Below are positions 9,761 to 19,363 of a DNA stretch of 33,889 nucleotides, one piece after another. The DNA lies in contig MENE01000137.1 of NCBI GenBank assembly GCA_001769005.1, positions 1 to 33,889 of the forward strand, given 5' to 3'. The notes beneath the pieces were generated by a model. The model was not told the origin of the DNA. It did no database searches and was given only the letters and a program-made list of their open reading frames with translations. This stretch comes from Bacteroidetes bacterium GWA2_31_9b. Its GTDB lineage: Bacteria; Bacteroidota; Bacteroidia; Bacteroidales; UBA12077. Numbering within the stretch: the first letter of the stretch is position 1; every line of letters starts with the position of its first letter. Position numbers and translations under genes: made by a program.

Positions 9761-9784
9761 TTAAATTATTATAAGGGTTAAAGT

Positions 9785-10375
9785 TTAGTATCCACCACTA
9801 TTTTCAAGTTTTTCCATTTCTTTGTCAAAAGTTTCTTTGTATTTTTCGTAATCGTAATCAACTTTTAATCGTTGATCTTTTGAAAGTTTGTTGTTTAAAG
9901 CTTCTTCTAAAGCATCAACACTCATTTCAATAGCTACATAAGTTTTATACTTACCTTCTTTGGTTACAGTTTGTTTTTCGCAAAGAACTTTAATGTTATT
10001 TAACTGTTGATTTAAAACTTCACGAGTTAATGATTCAAAACGTTCTTCAACTTCTTCAACGTTATTAAATTCACGTGAATTTACATAGTTGTCGGTTGTA
10101 CCTTTAATTACGGTTTGAATTAAACCGGCTAAGTCAGCTTTAGCATTGCTCATTGCTTTTTTACGAGCAGTAATCTGATCTGTACTTTCACCGATTGAGT
10201 TAGCGCGGAAGTTTCCTTTGTCACTTCTGTATTGATCGCCTGAACAAAATACTTCAATTTCGGTTTCATTTTTAACATTTGAAACTTCTTTTGATTTGCA
10301 ACTAGTAAATATGCTGCTTATTACAACAGCTCCAGCTAATAATAAACCAAATGGTTTGTAAACATTGTTTTTCAT
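9785..10375 (-). CDS. Hypothetical lipoprotein (possibly LPP20-like)
   Basis: Signal peptide plus lipobox (IFTSC). The mature part is helical and charged. The resemblance to LPP20-type lipoproteins is weak (ARKKAMSNAKADLAGLIQTVIKG). Confidence 0.5.
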   Translation of the reverse strand: MKNNVYKPFGLLLAGAVVISSIFTSCKSKEVSNVKNETEIEVFCSGDQYRSDKGNFRANSIGESTDQITARKKAMSNAKADLAGLIQTVIKGTTDNYVNSREFNNVEEVEERFESLTREVLNQQLNNIKVLCEKQTVTKEGKYKTYVAIEMSVDALEEALNNKLSKDQRLKVDYDYEKYKETFDKEMEKLENSGGY

Positions 10376-10551
10376 AGGTTTCGATTTTGATTTAATGAAT
10401 AATTGAATATTTATTTTATAAATTAAGATATCTGCTTATTTTATTTTGTTGTTGATTATTAGATCAATTTATTGAATTGTATTTATGTAATACATGTAAA
10501 AATAATTAATTCTTTTATACAATTCCACGAATCAGGTTTTTAAATTGCAAT

Positions 10552-11034
10552 TCAAAAATGCGAATTCATCACTTTTTTTACCATATCAAATATCTTGCCA
10601 TTTTCAAAACCTCTTGAAAGTCCAAATCGAACAAGTTTTGATTTAATCACCAGTTCATCCTGTCCTTTAAGCGCATTTAATTTTTTTATTAATTCTTTTT
10701 CAAGCGATTTTTCTTGTTGTGTTTCATTTATTTCTTTAAGTGCAAGTTGTATATTCTGATCGTTAATTCTTCTCTGTTTTAATGCAAATTCAATTTTATG
10801 TTTCCCCCATCTATAAATTGTAGATTTATCTTTTACAAAAGCAATTGCAAACCTTAAATCATCAATAAAATTATCTTTTTTAAGAGATAGAATTATTTCA
10901 TTACTTTCCAAATCATTTAATCCCCATTTGTAAAGCGACGTTCTAATATCAAATTCACATTTTTCTTGTTTTGCACAAGTTTTTTGTGTTTTTTTCAGAG
11001 CATCTGCTTTTGTTATTTTTTTTTGATAGCTCAT
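10552..11034 (-). CDS. recX: RecX-family regulatory protein
   Basis: About 160 aa, helical-repeat protein. The pattern is RecX-like (ALKKTQKTCAKQEKCEFDIRTSLYKWGL...NFIDDLRFAIAFVKDK...GKHKIEFALKQRRI). Confidence 0.65.
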   Translation of the reverse strand: MSYQKKITKADALKKTQKTCAKQEKCEFDIRTSLYKWGLNDLESNEIILSLKKDNFIDDLRFAIAFVKDKSTIYRWGKHKIEFALKQRRINDQNIQLALKEINETQQEKSLEKELIKKLNALKGQDELVIKSKLVRFGLSRGFENGKIFDMVKKVMNSHF

Positions 11035-11040
11035 TTTAGC

Positions 11041-11901
11041 TCAATTCATTATGCATTTAATCAATCGATCTTTTCCATTAATATCTTTCTTGATTTGGAT
11101 TTCATGAAATTCAAATTTTTCAAGCATTTCTGCAATATCTTTTCCAAATTGTTCATTTATTTCAAAATAGATTTTCCCGTTTTTATTTAAATGAGTTAAT
11201 GCAAACTGCGCAATATTCCTGTAAAAAAGCAACGGGTCATTATCAGGAACAAATAATGCCTTATGAGGTTCAAAATCGAGAACATTTTTATGCATTAGTT
11301 CTTTTTCCTTCTCTGTAACATAAGGAGGATTACTAATAATAATATCGAACTTTTCTTCAAATTGATCATTATTACTCAATATATCAAGATAAATAACTTG
11401 TAAATCAACATTATTTAACTTGCTGTTTTCTCTAGTTAAAGAAAGTGCATCTTCAGATATATCTGCAGCAAATACTTTTGAACCAATTAAATTTTTTGCA
11501 AGTGAAATAGATATGCAACCACTACCGGAACCAATATCGAGAATTCTATAAGAGCCATCTTTATGATCGGAGAGTACCCATTGAACAAGTTCTTCAGTCT
11601 CTGGGCGAGGAATTAGAACTCCTGGATGAATTTTAAAATTTAAATTATAAAACTCAGTTACACCAAGTATGTATTGAATAGGTTTAAATTTTTTTAATTC
11701 AGATACAATATGATTAATTTCGTTAATCCCATTTGTTGGTAAAATGGTATCTTGTTTAAGAAATAAATCTGTTTTAGAATAATTAAATAAATGATTAAAG
11801 ATGAGATATATAAAACTATTTATTTCTGATAAAGGATAAAACCCATTTAATTCGGATTTTAAATACAAAATTGTTTTCTTTATGCTAAAATCTGGACTCA
11901 T
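11041..11901 (-). CDS. prmC: Release-factor glutamine N5-methyltransferase PrmC (HemK)
   Basis: SAM motif ILDIGSGSGCISISLA and catalytic NPPY (IISNPPYV). I prefer the start at MSPDFS (ATG 11901). The 19-codon extension to 11958 is hydrophobic junk and would overlap ribD. Confidence 0.85.
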   Translation of the reverse strand: MSPDFSIKKTILYLKSELNGFYPLSEINSFIYLIFNHLFNYSKTDLFLKQDTILPTNGINEINHIVSELKKFKPIQYILGVTEFYNLNFKIHPGVLIPRPETEELVQWVLSDHKDGSYRILDIGSGSGCISISLAKNLIGSKVFAADISEDALSLTRENSKLNNVDLQVIYLDILSNNDQFEEKFDIIISNPPYVTEKEKELMHKNVLDFEPHKALFVPDNDPLLFYRNIAQFALTHLNKNGKIYFEINEQFGKDIAEMLEKFEFHEIQIKKDINGKDRLIKCIMN

Positions 11902-11922
11902 TTCCCAAATGTAAAAAAAATA

Positions 11923-13002
11923 ATGAACGATTGTATGTCGCACGAAAAATATATGCAAAGATGCATAGAGTTAGCAAAAAATGGTTTCGGGAATACATCA
12001 CCAAACCCTATGGTTGGTTCCGTTATAATAAATAACAATAAAATTATTGGAGAAGGATATCACCGAAAATATGGTGAAGCACATGCTGAAGTAAATGCAA
12101 TTCAGTCAGTAGTTAATAAAGAGCTTTTAAAACAATCCACAATCTATGTAAATTTAGAGCCATGTGCTCATTTTGGCAAAACACCTCCGTGTGCTAACTT
12201 AATTGCTAGTATGGGAATACCAAATGTTGTTATTGGAACAATTGATTCAGTAGCACATGCTTCCGGAAAAGGAATAGAGATTCTCAAAAATGCCGGATGT
12301 AATGTAATTACAGGTGTATTAGAAAAAGAATCGAGGGAATTAAATAAGCGATTTTTTACATTTCATGAAAAAAAGAGACCCTATATTATATTAAAATGGG
12401 CAGAAACATCCGATGGATATATTGATATCCAGAAAATGAAAAAGACAAATATTGAACCGACATGGATTACTAATAATCTATCAAAAGCAATAGTTCATAA
12501 GTGGCGAGGTGAAGAAGATGCTATTTTGGTTGGAACAAATACCATAATCAGCGATAATCCAAATCTTACAACAAGATGCTGGGAAGGAAAAAACCCTGTT
12601 CGTATTGTTCTTGATCGTGAACTAAAATTAGAATCAACAAGCCATGTTTTTAATAGCGAAGCTGAAACAATTGTTATTGCTGATAAAAAATTTAAAAATA
12701 AAATAGATGAAATACAGTTGAAAAATGTTGGTATTGAATTTGTAGATTTTTCATTTGATTTTACAAATCAACTATTTGCAGCATTAATTAAAAGAAATAT
12801 TCAATCTGTAATTATTGAAGGCGGAGCCAAAGTTTTGAATTATTTTATAAATCAAGTATTGTGGGATGAAGCAAGGGTATTTATAGGTGAGAAACAATTT
12901 GGATTAGGAGTTAAAGCTCCAGTATTAGAAAAAAGAATATTTTTGGAGGAGAAATTTGGTAATAGTAAGCTGTTATTAATTAAAAATTTTCATTACATTT
13001 AA
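11923..13002 (+). CDS. ribD: Bifunctional riboflavin biosynthesis protein RibD (deaminase/reductase)
   Basis: CMP/dCMP-type deaminase zinc motifs (HAEVNA, PCAHFGKTPPC) are followed by a RibD C-terminal reductase domain. The start is ATG 11923 or 11935. Confidence 0.9.
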   Translation: MNDCMSHEKYMQRCIELAKNGFGNTSPNPMVGSVIINNNKIIGEGYHRKYGEAHAEVNAIQSVVNKELLKQSTIYVNLEPCAHFGKTPPCANLIASMGIPNVVIGTIDSVAHASGKGIEILKNAGCNVITGVLEKESRELNKRFFTFHEKKRPYIILKWAETSDGYIDIQKMKKTNIEPTWITNNLSKAIVHKWRGEEDAILVGTNTIISDNPNLTTRCWEGKNPVRIVLDRELKLESTSHVFNSEAETIVIADKKFKNKIDEIQLKNVGIEFVDFSFDFTNQLFAALIKRNIQSVIIEGGAKVLNYFINQVLWDEARVFIGEKQFGLGVKAPVLEKRIFLEEKFGNSKLLLIKNFHYI

Positions 13003-13118
13003 GCATTATAATGAAACGAATTGATAAAAAATTTCGTAAAATTAAAAGCTTTATTAAATTTGATTAAAATTAATTTAAAAATATAAACCTAAAGAATAAT
13101 ATCTAAAAGTTAAATAAT

Positions 13119-15476
13119 ATGAGAAATATGAAATTTAAACGAATGTTAATCTTTACTCCATTGTTATTGGTTTTGTTTTCACTTGTTGAATGTAGTCCAA
13201 AACTTTATAATACAGGTAAAGATTTTGCAGCAGCAGGTAATTATCAAGATGCAATTACTCAGTATACACAACAAATTGCTGAAAAACCTGAATTTACAGA
13301 TGCTTATATCGCAAGAGCGGAAGCTTATGAAAAAATGGGTAACCTTACTGAAGCTGCAGGGGACTATAAAAGAGCAACATCTTTTGATGAAAAAAATGCT
13401 TCCTATTTTTACAACTCAGGAAGATTGTATTTCGAGTTAAAAGATTATAATGAAGCAATATCTATGCTTTCAAAAGCAACTACGTTAGATAAAAAACATA
13501 TAAAAGCATTTAAACTAAAAAGAGATTCTTATATTGAATTAAAAGAATTTGATAAAGCTCTTAAAGAAAGTGATGCAATTCTTGCTTTGGAACAAGAAGC
13601 TAAAAATTTTTACTGGCATGGTTATATCAATGATAAATTAGGAAATTACAATGTTTCTGAAACATTCTTTAAAAAGTCGATAGAAAAATCTCCATCAACT
13701 TTAGAAGCATATATTTCTCTTGCTGATGTTCTTTTAAAATCAAAAAAATTAGACGAATCACTTTCAACATGTAATAAGGCACTTTCTATTGATGATAAAA
13801 ACAAAGAAGCACTTTGGATTCGTAGTAAAGTATATCGCGAAAAAATTGACTATACAAAAGCTATTGACGATTTATCAAAAATTATAATTTTCTCACCGTC
13901 AGATGATAATGCTTATTATACACGTGGATTATATTCTCAGGAGTTTAATAAACATCAAGATGCAATTAACGATTTTAGTAAAGTAATCTCTCTTAATTCA
14001 AAAAATGCACTTGCATATTTTAACAGAGCTAAATCTTTTGAAGAAATAACACAATACGCAAAAGCTGTAGCAGACTATAAAGTTTATTTGTCTTTATCTG
14101 ACAGTAAAGATGCTGATGCCCAATCAAGATTAGAGTTGGCAAATAAAAGATTGTTTGAATTAAACAGAGAATCAAATAAACCAGCTCTTGAGTTTATTCA
14201 GCCTATACAACTAGAAGCAACAAAAATAAATGTAATACAAAATGCTACTACTGCAACTTTTAAAGGTGTAATAAAAGATGAAAGTTCAATTCAGTATGCA
14301 AAAATTGAAGGAGTAGATGTTAAATTTATCGAAGGCTCAGCAAATAATGAATTTGAAGTTATTGTAGATGTTACCGGTAAAGAAGCTATTTCAGTTGCGG
14401 TGGCTGATATATACAACAATGTATTGGCCTCTACTTTAATTATAAATAGAACTGAAATTAATGCTCCACAAATTTCATTAATTGCTCCTTTCGCTTCTAC
14501 ATCTGGAGAAGTTTACCTTGCAGTAGATAATAGGAAGTTATATGTTGAAGGACGTATATCTGATGAAAATTTAATTAAAAGTATATCTGTTGAAGATATG
14601 AATGCAAGTTATGCTGTTGAAACTAAAAACCCAGAATTCTTTGCAACTATTGATATTGCAAATAAAAATAAATTTGTAGTTAAAGCAGAAGATATTTATG
14701 GCAATATAACTACTCAGGAATTTAAAATTAACCGAGAAGCATTCGATATTTCTCAGGATAATCCGATGGGCAAAACATGGGTAATATTTATTGAAAACTC
14801 ATCGTATGAAACATTTGCAAGTCTTGATGGACCAGTAAAAGATGTCAGCATGATGAAAGCTGCATTAGCAAATTATAAAGTGCATAATATTGTTCACAAA
14901 AAAGACATGACAAAAGAACAAATGGAAAAGTTCTTTTCAATTGAACTTCGTGATTTAGTTAGAAGCAATCAGGTAAATTCTCTATTAGTTTGGTATGCTG
15001 GCCATGGAAAATCTGTTAACGAAACTGGATATTGGGTTCCAATTGATGCAAAACGAGATGATGAATTCACCTATTTCAATATTAATACTTTGAAAGCAGC
15101 ATTACAATCATATTCACAATTTGTTACACATACTCTGGTTATTACCGATGCATGTGAGTCTGGACCTACATTTTATCAAGCTATGCGTTCAGGCTTAAAA
15201 GAAAGAGATTGTGGTGATTGGGAAGCTACTAAATTTAAATCATCACAAGTGCTATCATCTGCAGGTTACGAATTAGCTGTTGATAATTCTCAATTTACCA
15301 AAACATTTGCAAATTCATTAATGAATAACCCTAATGCATGTTTACCTATTGAGAATATTGTTTCAAAAGTAACTGTAGCAGTTGCTAAAAGTGGAAGTCA
15401 AAAACCTCAGTTTGGTAAAATTGATGGACTAGTTGATGAAGGAGGTACTTTCTTCTTTATTACAAAAGATAAATAA
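13119..15476 (+). CDS. Exported TPR-repeat protein with two tandem beta-sandwich repeats and a C-terminal caspase-like (peptidase C14) domain
   Basis: Signal or lipoprotein leader (LLLVLFSLVEC). About nine TPR units fill roughly aa 30-340. Two repeats of about 95 aa each end in ..DIY(N/G)N...IN R. The C14 dyad context is WYAGHG (His codon 15003-15005) and ITDACESG (Cys codon 15153-15155). Confidence 0.8.
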   Translation: MRNMKFKRMLIFTPLLLVLFSLVECSPKLYNTGKDFAAAGNYQDAITQYTQQIAEKPEFTDAYIARAEAYEKMGNLTEAAGDYKRATSFDEKNASYFYNSGRLYFELKDYNEAISMLSKATTLDKKHIKAFKLKRDSYIELKEFDKALKESDAILALEQEAKNFYWHGYINDKLGNYNVSETFFKKSIEKSPSTLEAYISLADVLLKSKKLDESLSTCNKALSIDDKNKEALWIRSKVYREKIDYTKAIDDLSKIIIFSPSDDNAYYTRGLYSQEFNKHQDAINDFSKVISLNSKNALAYFNRAKSFEEITQYAKAVADYKVYLSLSDSKDADAQSRLELANKRLFELNRESNKPALEFIQPIQLEATKINVIQNATTATFKGVIKDESSIQYAKIEGVDVKFIEGSANNEFEVIVDVTGKEAISVAVADIYNNVLASTLIINRTEINAPQISLIAPFASTSGEVYLAVDNRKLYVEGRISDENLIKSISVEDMNASYAVETKNPEFFATIDIANKNKFVVKAEDIYGNITTQEFKINREAFDISQDNPMGKTWVIFIENSSYETFASLDGPVKDVSMMKAALANYKVHNIVHKKDMTKEQMEKFFSIELRDLVRSNQVNSLLVWYAGHGKSVNETGYWVPIDAKRDDEFTYFNINTLKAALQSYSQFVTHTLVITDACESGPTFYQAMRSGLKERDCGDWEATKFKSSQVLSSAGYELAVDNSQFTKTFANSLMNNPNACLPIENIVSKVTVAVAKSGSQKPQFGKIDGLVDEGGTFFFITKDK

Positions 15477-15486
15477 ATTGTAAACT

Positions 15487-18400
15487 ATGGATCCTATTCA
15501 TAATCAGGAAATAATAAAAGTTATTCGCTTATTTAAGCGAATAACTTTTTTTTATGCAGTCTTCATTCTTTTCACAAGTAGTGTAAAGGGTCAAACGTAT
15601 TATTTCGACTATTATAGTGTTAAAGAAGGATTAGCACAATCAAAAGTTTATAGTGTAATTCAAGAAAATCAAGGATATTTATGGATTGGGACAGAAAGTG
15701 GAGTCTCGAAATTCGATGGAGTTACGTTTATAAATTATACCACAGAAGATGGTCTTGCCGAAGGAGGTGTAAAAACTCTTTTTAAAGATTCAAATGGCTC
15801 AATTTGGATGGGTCATAAATCAGGAGGTATATCTGTTTTTATAAATGGAGAAATAAGTATTCATCCTATTAGTTCAATTATTAAAGGAGATATTACAAGT
15901 TTTATTGAAGATAATGAAAAACAGTTGTGGGTAACAACATATGGAGATGGGCTAATAAGAATTGATAATCCATACGAATTAGATGCATCTAAACTTACAT
16001 ATGAGCAATATAAAGGCAAGCGATTGAGTGACAGGGTAGTAACAAGCACTAAAGCATTTGGCGATACTCTTTTCTTTGTAACTGATTTAGGTATAAAAAA
16101 ATTCAATAAATCAGAGAACTCATTTTCCAACTATTTGCCCAAAGGCCTTACATCCTATTTCCCAACAACTATGATGCATCAGGATAGAAAAGGTGATATC
16201 TGGTTTGGAACATTTCATGGTGGATTGTATAGGTATATTTTAAAAGAAAATAAATTTGTTATTTATGATTCGCGTGATGGATTGGCTAATAATTGGATAA
16301 GCACAATTATTGAAGATAGTAATGGAAATATTTGGGTCGGAACATGGGGAGGAGGAGTTACAAAATTTTCAGGAGATTCTTACAAAACATATAACAATAT
16401 TAATGGTTTGATAGATCCAAAGATTTATTGTATTAATGAAGATGTTGAAGGGAATATACTTATTGGAACAAATGAACATGGACTTGCTGTATTTAAAGGA
16501 GAAAAATTTATTACATATAGTACTGCTGATGGATTAGCCGACCAGCAAATATGGTCCGTTATCGAAGATAAATATAAAAACTTTTGGTTTGGAACTAATA
16601 AAGGCATTAGTGTTTATAATCCAACAGCAAAAGAACCAAGTAAAAAATTTACATATTACAATCAAGAAAAGAATTCAGTAGGAAATCAGATTCGGTTTTT
16701 AAAAAATGACAGAGACGGAAATCTTTGGGTTGGAACAAATGATAACGGGTTAAATATGTATGATTTCTCAACAGGAAGATTTATATATAACATGGTTGTT
16801 AATAGGTATATAAACAGTTTAATTGTTACAGCGTTGGATATTGACAGGCAAAATCAATTGTGGGTTGGAACAATTGATGGCCTGGTTTATTATGATATTA
16901 ATAATGATAAAAGTACAATTCTTACCCAGATTAATGGATTAAGTGGGAATGAAATTTCATCGATTTATGTTGATTCTAAAGATAAAGTATGGGTTGGAGT
17001 AGTTAATAAAGGTTTAAATTTTATACAGGATACTTTAATTAAACAAGTTGATATTGAAGGTTTGCTTACTCCTGAATGTATGGTTGAAGATAAAGATGGA
17101 AATATATGGATTGGAACTAATAATAAAGGAATTTTTGTTTATAATGGGAACCAAGTAATTAGAACCATAACTCAGAACGATGGTTTACTCTCAAATTTAA
17201 TTACTCAACTAAATATCGATATTGAAAATAATATATATGTAGGAACCAGTCAGGGATTAAATAAGATTGATAACAAAGGGAATATTCATACTTATACTGA
17301 AAAGAGTGGGTTTACAGGAATTGAAGCCAAAAAAAATGCAACATACAGAGATAATGATGGAAATTTATGGTTTGGTACTGTAAAAGGAGTAGTAAAATAT
17401 CAACCCAAAATGGAAATTGATGTACCAAAAGAACCACTAACGCATATTTCAAAGCTTCGGGTAAATTTAAAAGATCGAATAATGAAATCCGATCAGAAGT
17501 TCAATTATCGTGAAAATTCAATAATATTTGATTACAATAGTATATGTTTGACTAATCCTGATGCAGTAAAATATCAGATTATGCTTGATCCTGCAGATCA
17601 TGAATGGAGACCTGTTACTGATCAAACAATGGTAAACTACTCTTCTTTAGCTCCCGATAAATATACTTTTAAAGTAAAGGCGATGAATAGTTCGGGAGTA
17701 TGGAATACAGAACCTGTAACTTATACATTTACAATTTCACCTCCATTTTACAAATCATGGTGGTTTATTTCAGCAATAATAATTTTGGGATCTATAGGAA
17801 TAATTTCTTATATAAAAGTTCGTGAAAAAAACCTTATAAAAGAGAAAAGGATTCTTGAAGAAAAAGTGGCTGAGAGAACTGCTGAAGTTGTCCAAAAAAG
17901 TATTGAGATAGAGAAAAAAAATAAAGATATTACAGATAGTATTAAATACGCTAAAAGAATACAAACAGCCGTACTACCGCCCGAAATACCTTTTGAAAAC
18001 ACATTCGTTTTGTATAGGCCAAAAGATATTGTGAGTGGTGATTTTTATTGGTTGGAAACAGTTGGAAATAAGGAAATGATTGCCGCAGTTGATTGTACCG
18101 GACATGGTGTTCCTGGCGCTTTCCTTGCAATTCTTGGACATAGTATGCTTACTAAAATAGTTCGTGAATATGGAATTCTTCAACCTGCAGAAATATTAGA
18201 CAGGCTTGATGTTGAGATTATCAGCGCTCTTCACCAAAAGGATGTTACTGGTGAACGTATTGTAAATGATGGAATGGATTTGGCTATTATGTGTTATAAT
18301 AAAGACACACAAATACTTGAATATGCAGGAGCATATAATCCATTATTCCATATCAGGAATGGGGAACTTGAAGAAATTAAAGCCGATCGATTTCCTATTG

Positions 18401-18675
18401 GTATGACGAATATTCTAGAAAACAAAAAATTTACAAACCATGAAATAAAAATTGAAAAAGGAGATGCTTTTTATATTTTCTCTGATGGATATGCAGATCA
18501 ATTTGGTGGCGATGATGGTCGTAAATTGAGAAAAAAGAATATGAAAGATCTAATAGTTAGTTATCAAAATATTCCAATGAAAGAACAAAGCAAAGAACTT
18601 GAAAACTACATTGTGAATTGGATGGCTAATTACGAACAGGTTGATGATATTGTTGTAATTGGAAGAGGATTTTAA
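15487..18675 (+). CDS. Transmembrane sensor phosphatase: periplasmic Reg_prop beta-propeller repeats plus Y_Y_Y domain, a TM helix, a coiled coil, and a SpoIIE/PP2C Ser/Thr phosphatase
   Basis: N-terminal anchor helix. More than 12 repeats of the W(I/V)GT..G(L/V) two-component-regulator propeller type. A Y_Y_Y-like module (KYQIMLDP..W..V....VNYSSLAPDKYTFKVKA). TM helix WWFISAIIILGSIGIISYI. PP2C/SpoIIE motifs SGDFYW, DCTGHGVPGA, NDGMD, SDGYADQ and VDDI. Confidence 0.85.
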   Translation: MDPIHNQEIIKVIRLFKRITFFYAVFILFTSSVKGQTYYFDYYSVKEGLAQSKVYSVIQENQGYLWIGTESGVSKFDGVTFINYTTEDGLAEGGVKTLFKDSNGSIWMGHKSGGISVFINGEISIHPISSIIKGDITSFIEDNEKQLWVTTYGDGLIRIDNPYELDASKLTYEQYKGKRLSDRVVTSTKAFGDTLFFVTDLGIKKFNKSENSFSNYLPKGLTSYFPTTMMHQDRKGDIWFGTFHGGLYRYILKENKFVIYDSRDGLANNWISTIIEDSNGNIWVGTWGGGVTKFSGDSYKTYNNINGLIDPKIYCINEDVEGNILIGTNEHGLAVFKGEKFITYSTADGLADQQIWSVIEDKYKNFWFGTNKGISVYNPTAKEPSKKFTYYNQEKNSVGNQIRFLKNDRDGNLWVGTNDNGLNMYDFSTGRFIYNMVVNRYINSLIVTALDIDRQNQLWVGTIDGLVYYDINNDKSTILTQINGLSGNEISSIYVDSKDKVWVGVVNKGLNFIQDTLIKQVDIEGLLTPECMVEDKDGNIWIGTNNKGIFVYNGNQVIRTITQNDGLLSNLITQLNIDIENNIYVGTSQGLNKIDNKGNIHTYTEKSGFTGIEAKKNATYRDNDGNLWFGTVKGVVKYQPKMEIDVPKEPLTHISKLRVNLKDRIMKSDQKFNYRENSIIFDYNSICLTNPDAVKYQIMLDPADHEWRPVTDQTMVNYSSLAPDKYTFKVKAMNSSGVWNTEPVTYTFTISPPFYKSWWFISAIIILGSIGIISYIKVREKNLIKEKRILEEKVAERTAEVVQKSIEIEKKNKDITDSIKYAKRIQTAVLPPEIPFENTFVLYRPKDIVSGDFYWLETVGNKEMIAAVDCTGHGVPGAFLAILGHSMLTKIVREYGILQPAEILDRLDVEIISALHQKDVTGERIVNDGMDLAIMCYNKDTQILEYAGAYNPLFHIRNGELEEIKADRFPIGMTNILENKKFTNHEIKIEKGDAFYIFSDGYADQFGGDDGRKLRKKNMKDLIVSYQNIPMKEQSKELENYIVNWMANYEQVDDIVVIGRGF

Positions 18676-18698
18676 ACCCTTAGAATAAATTAATTTAT

Positions 18699-18738
18699 TG
18701 ACCTTCAGTATCATATATTGAAGGTCATTTTTTTATTT
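18699..18738 (+). terminator. Rho-independent terminator after the sensor-phosphatase gene
   Basis: TGACCTTCA (18699-18707) pairs with TGAAGGTCA (18719-18727), followed by TTTTTTTATTTT. Confidence 0.65.
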
Positions 18739-18741
18739 TGG

Positions 18742-19323
18742 TTATACTGCAGCAATATTTATAGCAGATTCGTCCCATTTTGGTGAAGTATTTATTGCTG
18801 AAATTATTTCTTCAGGAGTATCAACAGAAATCCACATTTTACGATGTTCTTCGCGCATAAATTTTTCTTCGATCATTTTATCTAGAAGTATAAACAAACT
18901 GTTGTAAAATCCATCAGTATTAACAAATACAAGAGGTTTTGTGAATTTACCCAATCGTTTTAAGGTAATAACCTCAAAAGTTTCCTCCAAAGTACCGGAA
19001 CCTCCGGGTAAAATTACAATTGCATCAACTCCTTCAATTAGTCCTTTTTTGCGTTCATGCATATCTTTAACAACAATGAGTTCAGAAACTTTTTTGTGTC
19101 CCCATTCAACATCCATCATAAATCCAGGAATTATTCCAATAATTTTTCCATTATTTTCTATAACAGTATCAGCCAGTTTGCCCATTAAGCCTACAGCACC
19201 ACCACCATAAACTGTTGTAATATTATTTTCTACAAGAACATTTGCTGTTCTTTCTGCTACTTCAAAATATTTCTGATTAACTTTATGACTAGATGCGCAA
19301 AACACACAAACTTTTAAAATCAT
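18742..19323 (-). CDS. LOG-family (TIGR00730) nucleotide phosphoribohydrolase
   Basis: VYGGGAVGLMG and PGGSGTLEE signatures (LOG motif PGGxGTxxE). Length is about 190 aa. Confidence 0.85.
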   Translation of the reverse strand: MILKVCVFCASSHKVNQKYFEVAERTANVLVENNITTVYGGGAVGLMGKLADTVIENNGKIIGIIPGFMMDVEWGHKKVSELIVVKDMHERKKGLIEGVDAIVILPGGSGTLEETFEVITLKRLGKFTKPLVFVNTDGFYNSLFILLDKMIEEKFMREEHRKMWISVDTPEEIISAINTSPKWDESAINIAAV

Positions 19324-19363
19324 ATCTTGTTTTTTAAACGATAAAGGTATAAAAAGAACAAAT

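Noticed and set aside
9479-9781. A 100-aa plus-strand ORF spanning the prfB 5' region and promoter.
   Set aside because: It is antisense to the RF2 leader and frameshift region and crosses a promoter and a terminator. It has no coding-like features.
11902-11958. The N-terminal extension of prmC (MHIFFVRHTIVHYFFYIWE) given by the ORF track.
   Set aside because: It would overlap the ribD start and is hydrophobic and aromatic junk. The internal Met (11901) gives a normal PrmC N-terminus.
11923-11960. An FMN riboswitch upstream of ribD.
   Set aside because: Only about 21-33 nt separate ribD from the divergent prmC start, and the FMN aptamer needs well over 100 nt.
13183-13440. An 85-aa alternative-frame ORF inside the TPR region.
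   Set aside because: It is on the same strand but out of frame within a supported CDS, and its sequence is low-complexity and Gln/Leu/Lys-rich.
13119-15476. The caspase-like/TPR protein as the protease component of a bacterial gasdermin or other cytoplasmic abortive-infection system.
   Set aside because: No gasdermin-like or other effector ORF lies adjacent; ribD is upstream and the sensor phosphatase is downstream. The protein also carries an N-terminal export signal, which argues for an envelope role.
17770-18183. Three overlapping minus-strand ORFs (17770-17964, 17808-18002, 17974-18183) and others (15861-16130, 16425-16607) opposite the sensor-phosphatase gene.
   Set aside because: These are antisense shadows of a 1062-aa ORF with clear domain content. 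Their sequences are low-complexity and Phe/Ser/Ile-rich.
18742-19323. The LOG-family gene as a defence-associated SLOG-type effector.
   Set aside because: It has the standard stand-alone TIGR00730 architecture and lies between housekeeping genes and a terminator. There are no fused or neighbouring sensor or effector domains.
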